From Myxococcota bacterium (GTDB lineage: Bacteria > Myxococcota_A > UBA796 > GCA-2862545): 12,089 bases of DNA. The stretch lies in the NCBI GenBank assembly GCA_039208735.1, contig JBCCQY010000219.1, positions 1-12,089 on the forward strand, read 5' to 3'. Below, one piece after another: positions 5,559-12,089 of this stretch. Under the pieces are notes generated by a model. The model worked only from the letters and a program-made list of their open reading frames with translations, was not told the DNA's origin and did not search any database. The first letter of the stretch is position 1; each line of letters begins with the position of its first letter. Position numbers and translations under genes: made by a program.

Positions 5559-8144
5559 ATGTCCGACGTTCCCAGTGCGATCACTCCCATTCAAATCGAA
5601 GTTGAGATGAAGACGTCCTATCTCAACTATTCGATGTCCGTCATACGTGGTCGGGCTCTGCCCGACGTGCGTGATGGGCTCAAGCCGGTGCATCGCCGCA
5701 TCCTTTACGCCATGCACCGTGAGGGCTTGTCGTCCTCGAAGAAGTACAGCAAATGCGCCGGTGTCGTCGGCGAGGTGCTCAAGCGGTACCATCCTCACGG
5801 CGACAGCGCGGTCTACGATGCGCTGGTTCGCATGGCTCAGCCTTGGAACCTTCGTTATCCCCTAGTCGACGGGCAAGGCAACTTTGGGTCAGTCGACGGG
5901 GACCCGGCCGCCGCCTACCGGTACACCGAGTGCCGGATGACCAAGCTCGCCGAGCATCTTCTCACCGATATCGATGAGGAGACGGTCGGGTTCGAGCCCA
6001 ACTTTGACGGCACCACCCTCGAACCTGAAGTGCTGCCGTCGGCCTTCCCAAACCTGCTCGTCAACGGGTCTGAGGGCATCGCGGTCGGGATGGCGACGAA
6101 GATCCCACCCCACAACTTGGGCGAGATCATCAACGCCTGCGTGGCGCTCATCGAAGAACCGGAGCTGTCCGACGACGCGTTGCTCGAGATCGTGCCGGGC
6201 CCAGATTTTCCCACGGGCGGCACCATCTGCGGTCGCAGCGGGATTCGCGATGCCTATCGAACGGGGCGGGGCCGCATTCGCATCCAGGGCACGGCCCACT
6301 TTGAGGACATCGGGTCCCGCCGGGCCATCGTGATCACCGAGATCCCGTACCAGGTGAACAAGTCCCGCCTCATCACGCAGATCGCAGAGCTGGTTCGCGA
6401 CAAGAAGCTCACCGGCATCTCCAACCTACGTGACGAAAGTGCCCGTCAGGGCATGCGGGTGGTGGTCGAACTCAAGATGGACGCCGTGGAGGACATCGTC
6501 CTCAATCACCTCTACAAGCACACCCAGCTTGAGGTGACCTTCGGCGCCATCCTACTCGCCATCGTCAACAAGCAGCCGCAGGTCCTCAAGCTGCGCGACA
6601 TGCTGCATCACTACATCAGCCATCGACGCGAGGTCGTTCTCCGGCGCACCCGGTATCGCCTCCGCAAGGCCAAAGAGCGGGCCCACATCCTCGAAGGCTA
6701 CCGCATTGCGCTGCGCGATGAGGGAACCACGAGCGAGGTCATCGAGCTGATTCGCGCGAGTCGCGATGGAGCGACAGCTCGTGCGGCATTGGTGGCTCGC
6801 TTTGAGCTGAGCGAGATCCAGGCCCAGGCCATTCTCGACCTTCGATTGCAGCGCCTCACCGGCATCGAGCAAGAGAAGATTGAGGTGGAATACCAGGAGT
6901 TGATGGTCAAGATCGGTGAGCTTCAGGCCATCTTGGGCAGCGAAGACCGTCTCATGGAAGTGGTCAGGGAAGAGCTGCAGAAGATTGGCAACGACTTTGG
7001 CGATGAGCGGCTCACGCGCATCATTGAAGCGACGGGAGAGCGCAACGAACTCGACTATGTCGCCGAAGAAGACCAGGTCGTGACCCTGTCTCACCTGGGC
7101 TACATCAAGCGGGTTCCGCCTGATGAATGGCGCATGCAGCGCCGTGGTGGCATGGGCAAGAAGGGCATGGACACCCGGGACGAGGACTTTGTGACCTCGA
7201 TCTTCGTGGCCAATACTCACGCCGTGTTGTTCGTCTTCACCACCCAGGGCCGGGTGTACCCGCTGCAAGTCTATCGGGTGCCCCAGGCGAGCCGAACGTC
7301 ACGGGGCAAGCCGATCGTCAACCTCGTGCCCATCGAACAGAACGAGGCCATCGCAGCGGTCATCTCGGTGCGCGATGTCGCGGATGACGACACGCGCGAC
7401 CTCTTGTTCTGTTCGAAGTTCGGGCTGGTCAAGCGCACGCCGCTCACCGCATTCAAGAACCTCCGTCAGGGCGGTCTCATTGCGTGTGGGGTGGCCGACG
7501 ACGATGAGCTTTGCGTGGTCAAGCTCCTCGAGCCCGACCATCTTGAAGACATCATCGTGCTGACCCAGCATGGGCAATGCATCCGCTTCCCGAAAGAAGG
7601 GCCGAAGGGCGCTCCGGTGTATGGGCGGACCGCGCGCGGAAACAAGGGAATCTCCCTGCAAGAAGGCGACTTTGTCGTCGACATGTTGCTGGTGCCGACC
7701 GATGCTGCGCCGGGTGAGGAACCGCCCTCCGACGAAGGGTTGCCCCCCGAGGTCGAGGAGCCGATGGAAGACGACGATCTTCCCATCGACGCGGAAGCCG
7801 ACGATGCGGGACCCGAACCCGACAGCACGTTGTTGACGGTGACCGAACTCGGCTACGGCAAACGCACTCCGCTCGGCGCGTACCCCCGGCAGGGACGCAA
7901 CGGGAAGGGCGTGATCAGCCACAAGACCGGTCCTGGAATCGGTGGCGTCGTGGGGGCCCGTGAAGTGGGTCGCGACGATCAGCTCATGCTCGTCACCGAC
8001 ACTGGCCGGGTGATCCGCATTGCCGCCGAAGGCGTTCGTCTCGTCAAGAGTCGGAGTTCCAAGGGGGTACGCCTGATGCGGCTCGACAAGGAAGAACGGA
8101 TCGTCGATATGGAGCTGCTCCCGGCCGAAGAAGCTGAGGAGTAG
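5559..8144 (+). CDS. gyrA: DNA gyrase subunit A
   Basis: [35 protein letters not shown], catalytic RY122[10 protein letters not shown] and PGPDFPTGG are present. The GyrA-box-like QRRGGMG (7137-7157) and six C-terminal pinwheel blades favour GyrA over ParC. Confidence 0.97.
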   Translation: MSDVPSAITPIQIEVEMKTSYLNYSMSVIRGRALPDVRDGLKPVHRRILYAMHREGLSSSKKYSKCAGVVGEVLKRYHPHGDSAVYDALVRMAQPWNLRYPLVDGQGNFGSVDGDPAAAYRYTECRMTKLAEHLLTDIDEETVGFEPNFDGTTLEPEVLPSAFPNLLVNGSEGIAVGMATKIPPHNLGEIINACVALIEEPELSDDALLEIVPGPDFPTGGTICGRSGIRDAYRTGRGRIRIQGTAHFEDIGSRRAIVITEIPYQVNKSRLITQIAELVRDKKLTGISNLRDESARQGMRVVVELKMDAVEDIVLNHLYKHTQLEVTFGAILLAIVNKQPQVLKLRDMLHHYISHRREVVLRRTRYRLRKAKERAHILEGYRIALRDEGTTSEVIELIRASRDGATARAALVARFELSEIQAQAILDLRLQRLTGIEQEKIEVEYQELMVKIGELQAILGSEDRLMEVVREELQKIGNDFGDERLTRIIEATGERNELDYVAEEDQVVTLSHLGYIKRVPPDEWRMQRRGGMGKKGMDTRDEDFVTSIFVANTHAVLFVFTTQGRVYPLQVYRVPQASRTSRGKPIVNLVPIEQNEAIAAVISVRDVADDDTRDLLFCSKFGLVKRTPLTAFKNLRQGGLIACGVADDDELCVVKLLEPDHLEDIIVLTQHGQCIRFPKEGPKGAPVYGRTARGNKGISLQEGDFVVDMLLVPTDAAPGEEPPSDEGLPPEVEEPMEDDDLPIDAEADDAGPEPDSTLLTVTELGYGKRTPLGAYPRQGRNGKGVISHKTGPGIGGVVGAREVGRDDQLMLVTDTGRVIRIAAEGVRLVKSRSSKGVRLMRLDKEERIVDMELLPAEEAEE

Positions 8145-8156
8145 GCCGTTTCGACG

Positions 8157-8924
8157 GTGGGCCAGGTAGCGGCGGTCGGACTGGGTCTGACCACCGCACT
8201 CACCGCGGCCTTGCTGTGGCTGCATCCGGCTTCCCCCACAGCCCTGGCGTGGGGGGACTTGGCGGTGGGACGAGGGCGCCCTCAAATTGCAGTTCGAGCC
8301 TATGATCAGGTCGCGCATCGGCATCCCTACCCCGAGGTTCGGGCGAAGGCGTTGCTTCGGAGCGCTCGGGTATGGGCCGTCGAGCTTGGAAACTCAGACG
8401 AGGCACGTCTTCGCTACGAGTGGGCGCTTCCCTTGCCGTTGCCGACCCACGAACGCGCCGCCATGCTCGATCATCTGGCCCAGATCTTGGACGATGCGGG
8501 CCGGCACCGTGACGCTGCCCAGCGCTTTCGGGAGGCGTGCGACTTGGATCCCGACTCCCCAAATGCGGTGACGCGCTTGGTTCGCGCCGCTCGCGCAGCC
8601 GCCCGAGGCGGCGATCGAGCGACGGCGGATCGGACATGGCGGCGGCTTGCCGAGACCCATCCGCAAGCCGCGGGTCGAGCGTGGCTGGGACGGGCAAACC
8701 TCGAACTGGAGCAAGGCCACACGGTGGGCGCCTTGCGGTTTTATGAGCGTGCGGTCGATCACGGCGTGGAAGCTTCGGTTACCGCGGTCGCGCGGCTTGG
8801 GATAGCCACGTGCCTCGAACGGCTCGGCGACCTGGACGAAGCCATTGGTCAGCTCGATGAGGCTGATCTCCCCAGGTCAATCCGAGAGCATCGGGAGTCA
8901 TCGATCCGCGCGCGGGACCACTGA
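8157..8924 (+). CDS. Tetratricopeptide-repeat protein with N-terminal signal/membrane anchor
   Basis: GTG start 12 nt after the gyrA stop, with GAGGAG overlapping the gyrA end. Hydrophobic N-terminus. TPR-like helices LAQIL..AGRH.DA...F..A..LDP, AWLGRANLE...G....AL..YE.A and ARLGIA.CLE.LG..DEAI. Confidence 0.8.
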   Translation: MGQVAAVGLGLTTALTAALLWLHPASPTALAWGDLAVGRGRPQIAVRAYDQVAHRHPYPEVRAKALLRSARVWAVELGNSDEARLRYEWALPLPLPTHERAAMLDHLAQILDDAGRHRDAAQRFREACDLDPDSPNAVTRLVRAARAAARGGDRATADRTWRRLAETHPQAAGRAWLGRANLELEQGHTVGALRFYERAVDHGVEASVTAVARLGIATCLERLGDLDEAIGQLDEADLPRSIREHRESSIRARDH

Positions 8925-10235
8925 GTCCACGGCGGTGGCCTGGATTCGATCCGCTGCAAGGTGAAACCAGCCCCAAATGGCCAGTCCTCGCAACAGCGTC
9001 GTGACGCCGATACTCCACCAAATCCCATCGATGCCAAGTCCCAAGGGCCAGGCGAAAAGCCAGGCCAAAGGCAAGCGGACCAGGGCGCCCAGCGTGGTCA
9101 CCCACAAGGGAGGGACGGTGTTGCCAGCCCCGGTGAAGGCTCCCGAGTAGGTGGAATCGAGGGTCATGAACACCAGGACGAGGGCCTGGATGCGGAGGTA
9201 GGCGGCGCCGCTTGCGATGGTTGCGGGATCGTCGCTGAAAATGCGCATCATCGGGTCCGCAAGCCCGAAGAGCACAAAGGTCAAGGGAAGCGTCAACGCG
9301 ACGCCCCAACGTGCCGCGGCATGGGCCGCAGAACGGGCTCCTTCGGCGTCACCGGCGCCGAGTCGTTGTCCCACCAGGGTGCAAGCGCCCACCTCGAAGG
9401 CGACGCCAAGCATGTACGCTGCCGATTCGACCCGGTGGCCCACCCCAAGCGCTCCGAGATGGAAGTCGCCGAAGGTGGCGATCATCGCGCCGAGAGCGAC
9501 GTAGACGAGCGAAAAGGCAATGCCCCGAACCGTCATCGGACCGCCGATGCGTCCGATCTCGGACAGCAGTGCGGCCGATAGCGGGTTGAAAAGCGGTGAA
9601 TGGTCACGGCGGATTAGCAGGCCGATTCCCACGGTGGCACCAATGCCATTGGCCATCACGGTGGCCCAAGCCGCCCCTGCGATGCCCATGTACCGGATCA
9701 GCAGCGGGTCGAGCAAGAGGTTGACGCCGAACGCGATGGCCGTCGTGAGAAGGGCGGTCCGGGTGTCTCCAAGTCCGCGGAAGACCCCGCCTACCACGGT
9801 GTTCAAGGTGAGCGAGAGTCCGCCGAGAAGGCTCGCTTCAAGGTAGGATACGCCAAGGGAATGCACGGACGTCCCGCGGTCCAGCTCCATGGCCTCGAGG
9901 TAGGGGCTCGTCAGCGGAACCAAAAGAGCCAGGATGAAGGCGGCCATACCGGCTGCGACGAGGCCATGTCCATAGACCTGACGCACCCCGATGGGGTCAC
10001 GAGCGCCGATTCGCTGGGCGACTAGCGCATGCACGCCGGTCGCGGGGAGTTCGGCGACGAGCACGATCATCCACCATCCGAACGCACACGCGCCCAACGC
10101 GGTCAGCGCTTCGTTCCCGAGTTGGCCGACGAAGTAGCTGTCGCACAGCAGCAGGCCGGTCCTCAACCAACCCATCACCGCGATGGGCCACGCAACGGCC
10201 CAGACTTCGGCCCCGATGGACCGCTTAGCGGTCAT
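8898..10235 (-). CDS. MATE family efflux transporter (445 aa)
   Basis: MATE hallmarks: AWP, D..FVGQLG.EAL.ALG, LVAQRIGA, GVFRGLGDTRT, NLLLDPLLI, GIAGAAWAT, LVGQRLGAGD, GAGNT.PP, LGIDGIW. The start is placed at MTAKR (10235) because the longer ORF-track start overlaps the upstream gene. Confidence 0.92.
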   Translation of the reverse strand: MTAKRSIGAEVWAVAWPIAVMGWLRTGLLLCDSYFVGQLGNEALTALGACAFGWWMIVLVAELPATGVHALVAQRIGARDPIGVRQVYGHGLVAAGMAAFILALLVPLTSPYLEAMELDRGTSVHSLGVSYLEASLLGGLSLTLNTVVGGVFRGLGDTRTALLTTAIAFGVNLLLDPLLIRYMGIAGAAWATVMANGIGATVGIGLLIRRDHSPLFNPLSAALLSEIGRIGGPMTVRGIAFSLVYVALGAMIATFGDFHLGALGVGHRVESAAYMLGVAFEVGACTLVGQRLGAGDAEGARSAAHAAARWGVALTLPLTFVLFGLADPMMRIFSDDPATIASGAAYLRIQALVLVFMTLDSTYSGAFTGAGNTVPPLWVTTLGALVRLPLAWLFAWPLGLGIDGIWWSIGVTTLLRGLAIWGWFHLAADRIQATAVDSVVPRADR

Positions 10236-10246
10236 GGAATCGTGCC

Positions 10247-10573
10247 TTAGACGACCAACCACGCCGCCACGGCGGCACTGGCCGCCAGCAGTAGGAACGC
10301 GCCGCCCCACATCGCCACTTGCTGGCTGCGCGAAGGCCCATCGTGCCGATTCGCAGCCGCCCCGGGCCGTGGGAATCGAGAGAGCAACTCAGATTGAGTC
10401 GTCTCTTCTTCAGGAGGAACGGCGGATTCGTGCAGATCGACGGCGCGGGGCTCCGGCTCCGAAGCAGAAGCGTCCTCGCTCCGCTCGGCCATGACGTCCC
10501 AAACCCCCTGCGGGCTGTCCTGAGAGGTGTCCTGCGCAGAGACCTTGTGGTACTGCGGGAGCTCGGTCGGCAT
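10247..10573 (-). CDS. Hypothetical protein with a single C-terminal transmembrane helix (108 aa)
   Basis: GGAGG lies 4 nt before the ATG. Polar/acidic, probably disordered body, then VAMWGGAFLLLAASAAVAAWLVV-stop. It ends 11 nt before the MATE start on the same strand. Confidence 0.55.
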   Translation of the reverse strand: MPTELPQYHKVSAQDTSQDSPQGVWDVMAERSEDASASEPEPRAVDLHESAVPPEEETTQSELLSRFPRPGAAANRHDGPSRSQQVAMWGGAFLLLAASAAVAAWLVV

Positions 10574-10716
10574 TCATCCTCCGCCGGCCCTCTCTTCGGT
10601 CCTGAATCGACATGGGTTTCGGGGATGGAAACCAGATCGAAACGTGGGCGCATCGATTTGTGCCTCCGGGGTGGCCGGTTGGGCCTCGCCAGTTCGGGTG
10701 GATAGAGGGCCAGCGC

Positions 10717-11199
10717 ATGGACGAATTCACACCGCTCGCGAGCCAAGCCCGGTTGATGTTCCACCTCCAGTCGTTCGCCCGGTTGGGGTTCGTCTGGCTG
10801 CCCATGGTCTCCGTGGCCGGAGTTGCGGGAGCGTTCTTCGTGGAACCCGTGATCGCCGCTGCGGCAGCCTTAGCCGTGCTCTTTGGTCGGTTTCTGCTCG
10901 CTCTGTGGTGGCCCTATCTCTCTTGGTCGCGGTGGGGCTACCGCCAAAGCGATGATGAGTTGCTCATCAAGCGCGGAGTCCTGTTCCGGAGCGTGACGGC
11001 GATTCCTATCGAACGCATCCAGCACGTCGATGTGCGACAGGGGCCGATCGAACAGTGGTTTGATCTGGCGCGGGTCCACATCTACACCGCGAGCGGACTG
11101 GGTTCAGACGGTGTGGTCCCCGGTCTTCTTCGGACCGATGCAGAGTCTCTGCGGGATCGCTTGGTAACGGGAGCCGGTCAGGGAGACGACGGTGTCTGA
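10717..11199 (+). CDS. Bacterial PH-domain (bPH_2) membrane protein, YdbS-like (160 aa)
   Basis: GAGGG at 10705-10709 precedes ATG 10717. Two TM helices are followed by WGYR..DDELLIKRGVLFRSVTAIPIERIQHVDVRQGPIEQWFDLARVHIYTAS, the typical YdbS-type signature. Confidence 0.88.
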   Translation: MDEFTPLASQARLMFHLQSFARLGFVWLPMVSVAGVAGAFFVEPVIAAAAALAVLFGRFLLALWWPYLSWSRWGYRQSDDELLIKRGVLFRSVTAIPIERIQHVDVRQGPIEQWFDLARVHIYTASGLGSDGVVPGLLRTDAESLRDRLVTGAGQGDDGV

Positions 11200-12088
11200 A
11201 GCCGCCGCCTTGCATGTCCCTTGGCGATCGCTGCAGCCGCTGTCGCTCGTCGTCAACCTCGTGCCCCGCACCTGGGCCACGTTGCGCAACCTGTGGCCGG
11301 TGCTGCTCGCCATCGCCTTTGGCGGAGCGGGTCGAGAGGGGTTCGTCGATCTCACCCTGGTGCTCGCGTTCTTTGGCCTTGCGGTCAGCAACACCGTCGT
11401 TCACTTTTTGACCCTGCGGTACCGGGTGGTGGGCGACCGGCTCGAACTCAAGCATGGCCTTTTCAATCGTCAGACCCGGGTCATCGGCGCCCAGCGCATC
11501 CAGAATCTCGAGATGGTTCGCAACATCTTCCATCAGCTCTCGGGATTGGTGGAGGTGCGGATCGAAACGGCCTCCGGCACAGACGTCGAAGGGATGCTCT
11601 CGGCGTTGTCCGTCCACGAGGCGCAAACCCTCATCACCCAGCTCGAAGAAGCCCGCGGTGAAGTCGTCGAGGACGAAGCGGAAGCCGGCGAACCGATCGT
11701 GCAAAACGGCATGGCGGAGCTGCTTCGGTTCGGTGCGACGGGCACGCGGTTTGGCGGCATTGCCGTGCTTCTTGGGCTTGCCATGGAGGGCCTTTCGATC
11801 GGGCCCGAGCCTGACGCGGGCCAGGTGGAAGCTACCTCAGGCTTTCTCGCAGGCTTTGGGGGCCTCGCGCTGTTGGTGGCCCTCGGCAGCGGGGCCTGGC
11901 TCGTCGGCACGATCACAGCGGTGGTTCGGCACTTCAGCTTCTCTCTCGAGCGGTTTCCCTCGGCACTGGTGGCGACCCAGGGCCTGCTCACCACCCGCCG
12001 GGCTGTCCTTCGCCTTTCCAAGGTCCAGCTCGTCTCGATCATCGAGCCGTGGCTTCGCCGGTGGTTTGGGTTTGCCTCGGTCACCAAC
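11192..12088 (+). CDS. Bacterial PH-domain membrane protein, YdbT-like (3' partial; absent from ORF track)
   Basis: Hand translation from GTG 11192 (GGAG at 11182-11185; 8-nt overlap with the upstream gene): MSEAAALHVPWRSLQPLSLVV...FLTLRYRVVGDRLELKHGLFNRQTRVIGAQRIQNLEMVRNIFHQLSGLVEVRIETASG...QGLLTTRRAVLRLSKVQLVSIIEPWLRRWFGFASV. It has two PH repeats separated by TM segments and no stop before the window end. Confidence 0.88.
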   Translation, partial: MSEAAALHVPWRSLQPLSLVVNLVPRTWATLRNLWPVLLAIAFGGAGREGFVDLTLVLAFFGLAVSNTVVHFLTLRYRVVGDRLELKHGLFNRQTRVIGAQRIQNLEMVRNIFHQLSGLVEVRIETASGTDVEGMLSALSVHEAQTLITQLEEARGEVVEDEAEAGEPIVQNGMAELLRFGATGTRFGGIAVLLGLAMEGLSIGPEPDAGQVEATSGFLAGFGGLALLVALGSGAWLVGTITAVVRHFSFSLERFPSALVATQGLLTTRRAVLRLSKVQLVSIIEPWLRRWFGFASVTN

Positions 12089-12089
12089 G

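Noticed and set aside
5799..5819. Fluoroquinolone-resistance mutation in the QRDR
   Set aside because: GDSAVYD retains S83 and D87.
5916..5930. GyrA intein
   Set aside because: RYTE is contiguous at the known insertion site and the protein length is normal.
7137..7157. Degenerate GyrA-box (QRRGGMG) implying ParC
   Set aside because: A single K-to-M change, immediately followed by KK; the rest of the box and six blades are intact, so it is within normal GyrA variation.
5889..8324. Long antisense ORFs within gyrA (e.g. 6552-7268, 7299-8324)
   Set aside because: Typical shadow ORFs caused by high-GC codon bias.
8961..9846. Plus-strand ORFs within the MATE gene
   Set aside because: Antisense shadows with low-complexity Arg/Gly/Ala-rich translations.

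Overview
GC-rich bacterial chromosomal window; Myxococcota/Deltaproteobacteria-like is an inference from the lipoprotein styles. From left to right: (1) a translationally coupled three-gene envelope operon (ATGA overlaps) encoding a 5'-truncated FG-GAP/Ca-binding repeat protein with two Ser/Thr-flanked amphipathic beta-hairpins resembling beta-pore-forming-protein stems, a ~400-aa lipoprotein and an OprO/P-like outer-membrane beta-barrel; (2) a low-GC patch with a perfect operator-like palindrome upstream of a DUF6665-like gene, then a small winged-HTH gene and a Cys-rich lipoprotein whose SD lies in a hairpin; (3) gyrA without an adjacent gyrB, with substitutions in the alpha3/M120 region and an acidic CTD insertion, followed by a TPR gene; (4) a minus-strand tail-anchored protein plus MATE transporter; (5) a YdbS/YdbT-like bacterial PH-domain membrane pair, the second gene running off the window and missing from the ORF track. 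No RNA genes, CRISPR arrays or mobile elements were recognised. The best candidate for a new system is the FG-GAP/dual-hairpin protein + lipoprotein + porin operon. All family calls are by eye, not from database searches.
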